Source: Candidatus Eiseniibacteriota bacterium (GTDB lineage: Bacteria; Eisenbacteria; RBG-16-71-46). From it: a DNA stretch of 64,000 nucleotides. The stretch lies in contig CAVUWA010000002.1 of the NCBI GenBank assembly GCA_963744995.1, forward strand, positions 1,056,001 through 1,120,000, read 5' to 3'. Positions 28,343 through 37,376 of this stretch are shown here, piece after piece (the first letter of the stretch is position 1; every line of letters starts with the position of its first letter). The notes beneath the pieces are model-generated. The model worked only from the letters and a program-made list of their open reading frames with translations. It searched no databases and was not told where the DNA came from. Position numbers and translations under genes: made by a program.

Positions 28343-29640
28343 ACCGCCGGCTGCTGGTGCTCTGTTACTTCTATCCGCCGCTGGCGGGCGGCGGCGTGCA
28401 TCGCGTGCTCTCGTTCACGCGTTACCTGCCGGCACACGGCTGGTCCTGCACGGTCGTGTGTGCGGGGGAAGAGGACTACTGGATCGTCGATCCCTCGCTG
28501 CTGCAGCGCATCCCGCCCGCGACCCGCGTCGAACGCGTCCAGGGCGGCAGCGCGCTGTCGGCCTGGCTGACGCTCGGCGGCCGGCGGCGGCCGGGGGCGC
28601 GCGGCCGGCGTTCGGGCGCGGTGTTCGGCGCGCTGCGCGCCCTGAGCGATTTCACGCTGCTGCCGGACTCCTACGCGGGATGGTCGCGCCGCGCGGGCCG
28701 GGTCGCGACGCGGCTCGCGAACGAGACGGGCTTCGACGCCATGCTGTCGAGCTCGCCGCCGGACAGCGTGCATCTGGCGGCGCGCGCCGTGCGGCGCGCC
28801 ACGGGCCTGCCATGGGCGGCGGATTTCCGCGATCCCTGGGTGCCGCTCCACTTCCGCACGCCTCCCACGGCGTGGCACCGCGGGCGCCAGGCGGCGCTCG
28901 AGAAGTCCGTGATCGAAGGCGCCGACATCGTGCTGGCGGCGTCCCGCACGCATGCCGATGCCATGGGTGCGGTGAGCGGCGCGCACGCCCGGCGCGTGGT
29001 GCACCTGCCGAACGGCTTCGAGCCCGGCGAGGAGAGCGCCGCGGCCGCGCAGGACGACGGCACGGACGCGCCGGCGTTCCGCATGGCATTCACGGGGACC
29101 CTTTCGCTGATGACCGACACCGAGCAGTTCCTCGCCGCGCTCGGCGACGTGCTCGCGTCGCGCCCGCAGGCGCGGCGGCACGTCCGCGCACGGATGTGCG
29201 GCCCCTACGACGTGCGCTACGAGCAGCGCGCCCTCGCGCTCGGCCTCGCCGACATCGTCACGTTCACCGGGCCGGTGAGCCACGCGACCTCGCGCCGGAT
29301 CCAGCGCGGGGCGGATCTGCTGCTGCTCTGGAAGCCGCGCCACGGCGTCACGATGGTGCCCGGCAAGACCTACGAGTATCTCGACGCCGGGCGTCCGATC
29401 CTCGCCCTGCTCGATCCGGACGACGAGGCCGCCGCCCTCGTCGCCCGCGGCGGCGGCCTCGTCGTCTCCCCGCACGATCGCGCGGCGATCGCCCGCGCGA
29501 TCGGCGAACGCTACGACGCGTGGGCGCGGGGCACGCGCTGGCCGGACCTCCGGCCGGCGTGGCTCGACGACTTCGCCCGCCCGGCGCTGGCGGCCCGGCT
29601 GGCGTCGGAGCTGGATCATCTGGTCCAATCCCGATCATGA
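28339..29640 (+). CDS. Glycosyltransferase family 4
   Basis: YFYPPLAGGGVHR, SSPPDSVH, ADFRDPW, PNGF, PGKTYEYL. Confidence 0.88.
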   Translation: MNRRLLVLCYFYPPLAGGGVHRVLSFTRYLPAHGWSCTVVCAGEEDYWIVDPSLLQRIPPATRVERVQGGSALSAWLTLGGRRRPGARGRRSGAVFGALRALSDFTLLPDSYAGWSRRAGRVATRLANETGFDAMLSSSPPDSVHLAARAVRRATGLPWAADFRDPWVPLHFRTPPTAWHRGRQAALEKSVIEGADIVLAASRTHADAMGAVSGAHARRVVHLPNGFEPGEESAAAAQDDGTDAPAFRMAFTGTLSLMTDTEQFLAALGDVLASRPQARRHVRARMCGPYDVRYEQRALALGLADIVTFTGPVSHATSRRIQRGADLLLLWKPRHGVTMVPGKTYEYLDAGRPILALLDPDDEAAALVARGGGLVVSPHDRAAIARAIGERYDAWARGTRWPDLRPAWLDDFARPALAARLASELDHLVQSRS

Positions 29641-31193
29641 CCCTGCAACGCAGCGAACCCATGACCCGCGTCGAGCGGATCGGGCTCGTGCTCGGACTGC
29701 TGCTGGCGACGGCGCTGATGTGGCCCCTGCGCGGCTACATCACCGACGACACGTTCATTCACCTGCAGTACGCGAAGCACCTGGCCGCGGGCGCGGGGCT
29801 CGTCTTCAACGTCGGCGAGCGCGTGTACGGGTGCACGAGCCCGCTCTGGGTGGCGCTGATCTCCGACGGCATGCTGCTGGGCCTGGACGGTCTCACCGTC
29901 GCGCGCGTGCTCGGGCTGCTCGCGACGCTGGCATCGGTCGCGCTGTTTCTGCAGCTCATGCGGCGCACCCTGCAGTCGCCGCTGCTGCGTGCGCTGGCGA
30001 CCGTGACCTGGGCCGGGCACGCGTGGATGATCCGCTGGTCGCTGTCGGGCATGGAGACGCCGCTCGCGGTCGCGCTCACGCTCGCCGGGTTCGTCGCGTT
30101 CACCGAAGGGAAGCAGTGGGGCGCGCGTCCGGTGCGCACCGGAACGTTGTGGGCGCTGGCCGCGCTCACCCGCCCCGAGGTGGTGTTCCTGCTCGTGCTA
30201 TGGGCGATCTTCCTGATCGTCGACACGCAGAACCGCGCCGGGATCCGGCGCCTGATCGCGGGTCTGGTGCCGCCGGCGGTGATCTACGGCAGCTGGCTGC
30301 TGTTCTCGCGCATCTACTTCGACACCTTCTGGCCGCAGACCCTTTCCGCGAAGGCAGTCGGCGGGGAAGCGCTGGCCGCGCAGCTCGACAATCTCTGGCG
30401 CCAGGCGCGCATCGTGGGGGCGAGCGACGGCGTGCTGGTGATCGGCATGATCGCGGCGTTCGTGTTCGGCTTCCGGCGCCTCAAACCCGAGCGCTGGGCG
30501 GCGCAGCGGCTGCTGCCGTGGGTCTGGGTGACCGCGCTGCCGCTGCTCTACGTCGCGCGCGGCGTGCCGGTGCTGTCGCGCTACCTGTTGCCGCTGATGC
30601 CGGTGCTCGCGTGGCTGGCGTGGCGCACCATGGAACGCTGGTGGCTCGGCGCGCACCCGAAGCCGGGCGCCATGCGCCGCGCCGCGGTGCTCGGCACGGT
30701 CGTGGCCGCGGTTGCGCTGTCGGTGAACCTGCAGGTCTATCGCACCGTGGTGATGCACCAGGTGCTCTCGTTCTCGGCCGGGCTCGACGCGTCGCTGGTG
30801 AAATGGGGCAGATGGTTCGGCGAGTTCGCGCAGCCCGACGCGCGCATCGCGACCCCCGACATCGGCGCAATCGGCTACTTCAGCGATCGGCGCGTGGTGG
30901 ATCTCGCCGGCCTGGTCACGCCGGAGGTCGTGCCGCTGCTCGCGCACGAGGAACAGCCGGAGATGATCGCGCATCTGGCGTTCGCCTCCTTCGCGCGGCC
31001 CGAGTTCCTCGTCGATCGCGCGCCGCGTCCGTTCGATCTGCTGCAGCGCAGCCCGTACGCGGAATGCCTGGTGCCGATCGGCCAGGCCTCGGTGCCGAAC
31101 CTCGGCATCGCCCGCCCCGATTCGGCGGTCTACTCGATCTATCGCGTCGACTGGCGCGTCTTCGACGCGCTGCACTCGGGCGCGGGAGAGTAG
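29637..31193 (+). CDS. GT-C-fold membrane glycosyltransferase (AftB-like), putative
   Basis: TDDTFIHLQYA..GLVFN.GERVYGCTSPLW, SGMETPL, LTRPE, PQTLSAK, DIGAIGYF..DLAGL. Confidence 0.75.
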   Translation: MTLQRSEPMTRVERIGLVLGLLLATALMWPLRGYITDDTFIHLQYAKHLAAGAGLVFNVGERVYGCTSPLWVALISDGMLLGLDGLTVARVLGLLATLASVALFLQLMRRTLQSPLLRALATVTWAGHAWMIRWSLSGMETPLAVALTLAGFVAFTEGKQWGARPVRTGTLWALAALTRPEVVFLLVLWAIFLIVDTQNRAGIRRLIAGLVPPAVIYGSWLLFSRIYFDTFWPQTLSAKAVGGEALAAQLDNLWRQARIVGASDGVLVIGMIAAFVFGFRRLKPERWAAQRLLPWVWVTALPLLYVARGVPVLSRYLLPLMPVLAWLAWRTMERWWLGAHPKPGAMRRAAVLGTVVAAVALSVNLQVYRTVVMHQVLSFSAGLDASLVKWGRWFGEFAQPDARIATPDIGAIGYFSDRRVVDLAGLVTPEVVPLLAHEEQPEMIAHLAFASFARPEFLVDRAPRPFDLLQRSPYAECLVPIGQASVPNLGIARPDSAVYSIYRVDWRVFDALHSGAGE

Positions 31194-31284
31194 TCGCCCG
31201 CCTCCGTTTCGCCGGGCGCCCCCATCCGGCCACTGCACAAGCGTGCAGTCTCTTAAGTACCAGTCACTTGAGGCACTTTTTCTT

Positions 31285-31313
31285 TTGACAGCCGCACACC
31301 TCGCCACTATGTT
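31285..31313 (+). promoter_or_regulatory. sigma70 promoter of the dcw operon
   Basis: TTGACA (31285-90), 17-nt spacer, TATGTT (31308-13), in a locally AT-rich patch. Confidence 0.8.
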
Positions 31314-31323
31314 GCAACCCGCG

Positions 31324-31368
31324 GTGGGGAGAAGTGGCAAATTGGGGCACGAAGTGGCAAACAAGTGC
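31324..31368 (+). promoter_or_regulatory. MraZ-binding direct repeats
   Basis: GTGG at 31324, 31334 and 31354, GGGG at 31344, GTGC at 31365: about 10-bp periodicity between the promoter and mraZ. Confidence 0.75.
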
Positions 31369-31387
31369 ACACGCGAGGCGCAACGCG

Positions 31388-31840
31388 GTGGCTTCCTTTT
31401 ATGGCCGGGAACAGTACGCGATCGATCACAAGGGCCGCCTTTCGGTGCCCGCTTCGATGCGCAAAGCGGCAGGGGCCCGCAAGCCGATCGACACCTTCTT
31501 CATCGCGCCGGGCTTCGATGGCTGTCTCGCGCTCTACCCGCCCGACGAGTGGACCAACATCGAAAACCAGCTTCGCGCGCTGCCGCTCGGCGATCGTGAA
31601 GCCCGCGCGTTCGCCCGCGCGTTTCTGAGTGACGTCAGTAAGGTGGCGGTGGATTCGCAGGGACGCATCACGATCCCATCGTCACTGTTGACCCGTGCAG
31701 GGCTCGGCAAGGAAGCCGTCCTGCACGGCGTTTTGAATCGGATCGAAATCTGGAGTCCGGAACGCTTCCACGGAGAGAAGGAAGCAGCGGAGGGCAAGCT
31801 CGAGGAGTTTGCCGCAAAGCTGTTCGGAGGGAACCGATGA
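31388..31840 (+). CDS. mraZ: Transcriptional repressor MraZ
   Basis: Two DxxGR motifs (DHKGRL, DSQGRI), IEIWS. GTG 31388. Confidence 0.95.
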   Translation: MASFYGREQYAIDHKGRLSVPASMRKAAGARKPIDTFFIAPGFDGCLALYPPDEWTNIENQLRALPLGDREARAFARAFLSDVSKVAVDSQGRITIPSSLLTRAGLGKEAVLHGVLNRIEIWSPERFHGEKEAAEGKLEEFAAKLFGGNR

Positions 31841-32268
31841 GCGCCTGGCCCAGCGGAAGCGGCCGAGCGATGCTGGTGTTGCACGAGCGCCTGAGCCACG
31901 GCCTGCACGGCACGTCGGCCCGGCTCGAGCTCCACGATGCGTCGCCGGACCGCACCGCCCGGCTGGCGCTCTCGGGCTGGCTCGATCCGATTGCCTTCGC
32001 CCGGCTGCGCGTGCGCCTCGACGATCTCGTCCGGCAGGGCGTGCGGCGCCTGATCCTGGATCTCGCCGGGCTGCAGCACGTCGACTACCGGCTGGTGCCC
32101 GCGCTGACCGAAGCGCTCGAGCGCTTCGAGGCGCGTTCCGGCGCGGTGGCGGTGTGCGGACTGTCTCCGTACCTGCGCGACATCCTGCGCCTCGCCGGCT
32201 GCGAGCCGCGCCTGAACTGCTGGCCGCCGGACGCTGCGGCGGAAACGCCGCGTGAGCTTGCGTCATGA
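31837..32268 (+). CDS. STAS-domain (anti-sigma-factor antagonist-like) protein
   Basis: LSGWLD, LILDLAGLQHVDY, CGLSPYLRDILRLAG. ATGA overlap with mraZ; overlaps rsmH. Confidence 0.75.
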   Translation: MSAWPSGSGRAMLVLHERLSHGLHGTSARLELHDASPDRTARLALSGWLDPIAFARLRVRLDDLVRQGVRRLILDLAGLQHVDYRLVPALTEALERFEARSGAVAVCGLSPYLRDILRLAGCEPRLNCWPPDAAAETPRELAS

Positions 32269-33178
32269 GCCGGTGCTTCTGGACGAAGCCCTCGGCTGGT
32301 GGTGGGCGGGCCCCGGGCTCTATCTGGACGCCACCCTCGGCTTCGCCGGCCACGCCGCAGCGCTGCTCGAACGTCATCCGGACGCGCGCCTGCTGGGCAG
32401 CGACCGCGACCCGGCAGCCCTCGCCCTGGCGCGCGCGCGGCTCGCGCCGTTCGGATCGCGTGTGATGCTGGCCCAGGCCTCCTTCGGCGAGCTGCCGTCC
32501 GTGCACGCGCGCTCGGGAGGAGAGCCTCTCGCCGGGGCACTGCTCGACCTCGGCCTTTCCTCCATGCAGATCGACGATCCGGCCCGCGGCATGAGCTTCA
32601 TGCACGACGGGCCGCTCGACCTGCGCATGAATCCCGGGGAAGGCGAGCCCGCGTCGGTGCGGCTCGCGCAGGTGGACGAGGACACGCTGGCCGAAGTGCT
32701 GCGGACCCACGGCGATCTGCGTGGGGCCCGCCGCCTGGCGCGCGCCATCGTCGCGGAAGCCGGGCGCGGGGGTCTCCCCACGACTCGCGCGCTTCATGCG
32801 GTGGTGGATCGCGCGCTGGGCGGTCGGCCTCACCCGCGCCGTTACGCGCAGGTGTTCCAGGCGCTGCGCATGTGGATCAACCAGGAAGCCGAACATCTGG
32901 ATGCGCTGCTGGATTGGCTGCCGGAGGCCGTGCGGGCCGGCGGCGTGGTGGTGACCCTCGCCTATCACTCGGGCGAGGATCGCAGGATCAAGCAGGCCAT
33001 GCGGGGACGCGACGTCGGCCGACCCGCACGCCGCCTGCCGGTGACGGACGCACCCGGGACGGATTCGCCCTGGGAACCTCTGACCCGTGGTGTGGTCAAA
33101 CCCTCGGATGAAGAAACCGCCCGCAATCCGCGCTCGCGCAGCGCACGACTGCGGGCGTTCCGGAGGAAGTCTCGATGA
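32252..33178 (+). CDS. rsmH: 16S rRNA m4C1402 methyltransferase
   Basis: HEPVLL, DATLGFAGHA, DLGLSSMQID..RGMSF..GPLDLRM, YHSGEDR, NPRSRSARLR. Confidence 0.95.
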   Translation: MSLRHEPVLLDEALGWWWAGPGLYLDATLGFAGHAAALLERHPDARLLGSDRDPAALALARARLAPFGSRVMLAQASFGELPSVHARSGGEPLAGALLDLGLSSMQIDDPARGMSFMHDGPLDLRMNPGEGEPASVRLAQVDEDTLAEVLRTHGDLRGARRLARAIVAEAGRGGLPTTRALHAVVDRALGGRPHPRRYAQVFQALRMWINQEAEHLDALLDWLPEAVRAGGVVVTLAYHSGEDRRIKQAMRGRDVGRPARRLPVTDAPGTDSPWEPLTRGVVKPSDEETARNPRSRSARLRAFRRKSR

Positions 33179-33609
33179 AGGGCCGAAACCTTCGTTCACG
33201 CCCGTTCTGGCAGTCGGTCGAGTCGCGTCCGGTGCGCCCGGAACTGTGGCTCGTCGCCGTCGTCGTCGTCGGCATCCTGCTGGTCGAGGTCTGGCAGAGC
33301 TCGCGCGTGGCGGAGCTCAGCATGGCCCTCGACCGGACCCGCCTGGCGCTCAATGAAACCCGCGTGCACGTGGACTACCTGCGCGCGGACAACGAGCGCC
33401 GGATCACCCGCGCCGAACTCGCCCCGGTCGCCCGCCAGCTGCATCTGGCGCCGGCTCAGGTGCACCAGGTGGTGGCATTGCCGTCCGCGTACCTCGCGGA
33501 GGGCCGTCCGGCCGAACGCCGGACCGCGCCGTCGCTCTGGACATGGGCGGAAAGGGCATCCCGCGCACTCGTGCCGGAAGCGACGGCACGCGGGCGCAGC
33601 GCCGACTGA
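33175..33609 (+). CDS. ftsL: Cell division protein FtsL (putative)
   Basis: Single TM helix followed by a coiled coil; canonical position between rsmH and ftsI. Confidence 0.7.
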   Translation: MKGRNLRSRPFWQSVESRPVRPELWLVAVVVVGILLVEVWQSSRVAELSMALDRTRLALNETRVHVDYLRADNERRITRAELAPVARQLHLAPAQVHQVVALPSAYLAEGRPAERRTAPSLWTWAERASRALVPEATARGRSAD

Positions 33610-33711
33610 TTCGACAAAGGCATCGGACGGCCGGAAGGCCGGTCGTACCTCAGCACCGCGCTTGTGAAGGCCCGGCGGTCTGCGTGAACCGCCGTTCCAC
33701 GGAGGGAAGAG

Positions 33712-35856
33712 TTGGCCCACAGGGACATGCGCAGGAGTCGGGTGCTGGTGGTGGCGGCCGGCCTTCTGGCTGGTTTCGCACTGCTGTGGCTGCGCGCCGG
33801 GTGGCTGCAGGTCGTGATGCACGCGCACTATGCGGCGCGCGCCGAACGGAACCAGGAGCACCGCATCCTGATCAAGCCGGCGCGCGGCAACCTGCTCGAC
33901 CGGCACGGCCGTCTGCTGGCGCGCGATCTGCAGACCTATTCGATCTCCGCGGCGCCGCGCGAGATGGACGATCCCGCCGCCACGGCACGGTCGCTGGCGC
34001 GGATCCTCAAGCTCGACGTGCGCCGTCTGCAGAAGAAGTTCAGGCAGCGCCCGGCCTATGTGGCCGTCGCACGCCAGGTGACGCCGGAGATCGCCGAGAA
34101 GGTGGAAGCCATCAAGGGCCGCGGACTCTACCTGACGCGTGAGACGCAGCGCGAGTACCTGCTCGGCGACGCGGCGGAAGAACTGATCGGCTGCACCGAC
34201 GTGGACAACAACGGCATCGCAGGGCTCGAGCTGCAACTCGACGATGAGCTCAGCGGGAGCGCCGGCTGGGCCACCATGTTCCGCGACGGCCGCGGCCACG
34301 TGATGTCGCTGCCGCGCGGGCTGCGCCGCAACCCGACCGACGGCAACAGCGCCGTGCTCACGATCGACGCGGATCTGCAGTCGATCCTCGAGACCCATCT
34401 GGCGCGCGCAGTGGATACGCTTCAGGCCAAGCACGCGTTCGGCGTGTTCATCGATCCGCGCACCGGTGAGGTGCTGGCCTCGGTCAGCGTGCCGCACGAA
34501 GGGCCGGGGCGCGGTCGCAACTGGGCGTTCGTGGATCAGTACGAACCCGGTTCGACCTTCAAGATCGTCGTCGCCGGCGCCGCGCTCGAAGACGGCGTCG
34601 TGACGCCGAACCAGTACATCGAGGCCTCCGAAACCGGCGTCGCCAGGGTCGCTCCGGGCGCGGTGTTCCGCGACACCCACCGCGAAGCCGGCTACTCGTT
34701 CTTCGATGCGGTCCGCTACTCGAGCAACATCGTCATGGGCAAGGTCGCGGTCATGGTCGGCGACGAGGAGATGTACCGCTATGCGACCGCGATGGGCTTC
34801 GGCAGCATGACCGGCATCGACTTCCCGGGCGAAGCGGGCGGCACGCTGCGCAGCCCGGCACGCTGGTCGGCGCGCTCCGCGCCGACGATCGCCATCGGGT
34901 ACGAAGTGTCGGTCACCGCGCTGCAGCTCGCGCTCGCGTACGGCGCGGTCGCGAACGGAGGCGTGCTGATGACGCCGCAGCTCGTGCGCGAGGTGCGTGA
35001 CGTCGACGGCCGCGTCGTGCGGCGCATGACGCCGCGCGCCTCCCATCGGGTGTTGAGCCAGCACACCTCGGCCACGCTGCTCGAGATGCTCACCGCCGTG
35101 GTGGACAGCGGCACGGCGAAGGCCGCACGGGTGCCCGGGCTCAGGATCGCCGGCAAGACCGGTACGGCGCGCAAGTACGACGCCCAGGACGGCGGCTACA
35201 CGCAGCGCAAGTACCACGCGTCGTTCGCGGGCATTGCGCCGGCCGACGATCCGGTGCTGGTCGGCGTGATCGTCGTCGACGAGCCGAGCGGCCGGCACTA
35301 CTACGGCGGCGACGCCGCGGCGCCGGTCTTCCGCGAGGTGATCAAGGACCTGTGCCGGCTGCCCGACGGCCCGCTCACCACCGATCCGTCGCGGGTCGCG
35401 GTACGGCCGCCGGCGCCGGCGCCGGTGACCGTGCCGGACGTGCGCCTGATGCGCCCCGAGGGCGTCCGCCGCGAGCTGGCGCGCGAAGGACTGCGCGCCC
35501 GGTTCATCGGCAGGGGCCCGCGCGCGCTGGCGCAGGCGCCGGCCGCCGGCCACGCGGTCGAGAAGGGCGCCGCCATCACGGTGTACCTCGCCGCACCCGA
35601 TGACTCGGCATCGAAGGTCATGCCCGACCTTGCCGGGCTCACGATCCGCGAGGCGCTGCGCGTGCTGTCGGCGGTCGGTATGGTGCCGCAGGTCTCGGGC
35701 AGCGGACTCGTGGCGCGCCAGCGACCCGCACCCGGGGCGCCGCTCGATCCGCACGCCGACTGCATGATCTGGTGCCGGAACGGCGTCTCGGACGTGGACA
35801 CCGAAAGCGGCGCGTACGCGATCCCGGCCGCGGTGACGGGGTCGGAGCGGCCGTGA
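33712..35856 (+). CDS. ftsI: Class B PBP FtsI with two PASTA domains
   Basis: RGNLLDR, AGLE, PGSTFK (SxxK), SSN, GKTGT; PASTA repeats VPDVR and MPDLAG. Confidence 0.93.
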   Translation: MAHRDMRRSRVLVVAAGLLAGFALLWLRAGWLQVVMHAHYAARAERNQEHRILIKPARGNLLDRHGRLLARDLQTYSISAAPREMDDPAATARSLARILKLDVRRLQKKFRQRPAYVAVARQVTPEIAEKVEAIKGRGLYLTRETQREYLLGDAAEELIGCTDVDNNGIAGLELQLDDELSGSAGWATMFRDGRGHVMSLPRGLRRNPTDGNSAVLTIDADLQSILETHLARAVDTLQAKHAFGVFIDPRTGEVLASVSVPHEGPGRGRNWAFVDQYEPGSTFKIVVAGAALEDGVVTPNQYIEASETGVARVAPGAVFRDTHREAGYSFFDAVRYSSNIVMGKVAVMVGDEEMYRYATAMGFGSMTGIDFPGEAGGTLRSPARWSARSAPTIAIGYEVSVTALQLALAYGAVANGGVLMTPQLVREVRDVDGRVVRRMTPRASHRVLSQHTSATLLEMLTAVVDSGTAKAARVPGLRIAGKTGTARKYDAQDGGYTQRKYHASFAGIAPADDPVLVGVIVVDEPSGRHYYGGDAAAPVFREVIKDLCRLPDGPLTTDPSRVAVRPPAPAPVTVPDVRLMRPEGVRRELAREGLRARFIGRGPRALAQAPAAGHAVEKGAAITVYLAAPDDSASKVMPDLAGLTIREALRVLSAVGMVPQVSGSGLVARQRPAPGAPLDPHADCMIWCRNGVSDVDTESGAYAIPAAVTGSERP

Positions 35857-37376
35857 CCGTGCGCGAGGTGCTGGAGGACGCGCGGATCGTGCGCGCCCGC
35901 GGAACGCTGGATGCGCGTGTCGAGGGACTCGCCTACGACTCGCGGCGCGTGCGTCCGGGTGATCTGTTTTTCGGGCTGAGTGGCCTGAAGCAGGACGGAC
36001 AGGCCTATGTTCGTCAGGCGCTCACAGCCGGCGCCGTGGCGGCGGTGGTCGAAAGGGACATCCATCTTCCGGGGGCGACTCTGGTGCAGGTGGACGAAAC
36101 CCGGACGGCCCTCGCTCAGGCCTCAGCCCGTTTCTTCTCCTTCCCGTCACGCGCGCTGCGCGTGGCCGGCGTGACGGGGACCAACGGCAAGACCACGACG
36201 ACCTTCCTGCTCGAGGCGGTGTTCCGCGCCGCCGGCTGGCGCACGGGGGTCATCGGCACCACCGGGATCAGGCTGGAGGACGAGCACCGCGCGGCGGCGT
36301 TCACGACGCCGGAGGCGCCGGAGCTGCAGGGGCTGCTGCGCGAGATGGCCGATCGCGGCATCCACGCGGTGGCGATCGAGGTCAGCAGCCACGCGCTCCA
36401 CCAGAAGCGCAGCTACGCGCTCGAATGCGACGTGGTCGTGTTCACCAATCTGACCCAGGACCATCTCGACTACCACGGCACCATGGACGCCTACCGCGAC
36501 GCCAAGGCGATGCTGTTCGACGGCCGCAACGGTCCGAACACCAAGCCCGCTGTGGCGGTGATCAACGTGGACGACCCCGCGGCGCCCGCGTTCCGCGAGG
36601 CGGCGCGCCGCGGGGGGATGAAGGAGATGCTCTACAGCGCAGACCCGGAGGGGCCCGACTTCGGCATCGACGTGCATGCCGAGGGCGTCCGCCCCGTCGC
36701 GCGGGGACTCGAGATCCAGGTGTACGTGGACCTCATGCACGGCCGGTTCCGGGGCAAACCTGGCGAGGGCGAGTCCACCTTCACCCTGCCGCTGCTCGGA
36801 CGGCACAACGCCTCGAACGCCGCGGCGGCGTTCACGGCCGGACTCGGCCTGGGCATCGACCCGCGCACGATCATGCGCGGCCTCGAAGCCGCGCCGCCGG
36901 TGCCCGGCCGTCTCGAGCGCGTCGTCGCCGGGCAGCCGTTCGAGGTGATCGTGGACTACGCCCATACCCCCGATGCGCTGATCCACGCGCTCGCCGCGGT
37001 GCGCGAGCACGTCCACGGGCGGCTCCTCACGGTGTTCGGCTGTGGCGGCGATCGCGACCGCGGCAAGCGCCCGCTCATGGGCGGCGCCGCGGCGGCGGGG
37101 AGCGACGTCGCCTGGGTGACGAACGACAATCCGCGCAGCGAGGACCCGCGGCGGATCGCGGACGAAGTGCGGAAGGGCGCGCCCGCGGGCGCGCTCCGGG
37201 TCGAGCTCGACCGGCGCGCGGCGATCGCCGCCGCGCTCGCCGCGGCGCGGCCGGGCGATGCGGTGCTGATCGCCGGCAAGGGCCACGAGGCCACGCAGAC
37301 CTTCGCCGATCGCACGGTGCCGTTCGACGACCGCGAGGTGGCGCGCGAACTGCTCGCAGGCGGGGCCGGAGGATGA
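35853..37376 (+). CDS. murE: UDP-MurNAc-Ala-Glu--meso-DAP ligase
   Basis: GVTGTNGKTT, EVSSH, NLTQDHLDYH, VDYAHTPD, DNPR (DAP-type), AGKGHE. Confidence 0.96.
   Translation: MTVREVLEDARIVRARGTLDARVEGLAYDSRRVRPGDLFFGLSGLKQDGQAYVRQALTAGAVAAVVERDIHLPGATLVQVDETRTALAQASARFFSFPSRALRVAGVTGTNGKTTTTFLLEAVFRAAGWRTGVIGTTGIRLEDEHRAAAFTTPEAPELQGLLREMADRGIHAVAIEVSSHALHQKRSYALECDVVVFTNLTQDHLDYHGTMDAYRDAKAMLFDGRNGPNTKPAVAVINVDDPAAPAFREAARRGGMKEMLYSADPEGPDFGIDVHAEGVRPVARGLEIQVYVDLMHGRFRGKPGEGESTFTLPLLGRHNASNAAAAFTAGLGLGIDPRTIMRGLEAAPPVPGRLERVVAGQPFEVIVDYAHTPDALIHALAAVREHVHGRLLTVFGCGGDRDRGKRPLMGGAAAAGSDVAWVTNDNPRSEDPRRIADEVRKGAPAGALRVELDRRAAIAAALAAARPGDAVLIAGKGHEATQTFADRTVPFDDREVARELLAGGAGG

Noticed and set aside
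31341..31360. sigma54 promoter (GGCAC..GC) upstream of mraZ
   Set aside because: The -24/-12 spacing and TTGC do not fit. The sequence is explained by the MraZ boxes.
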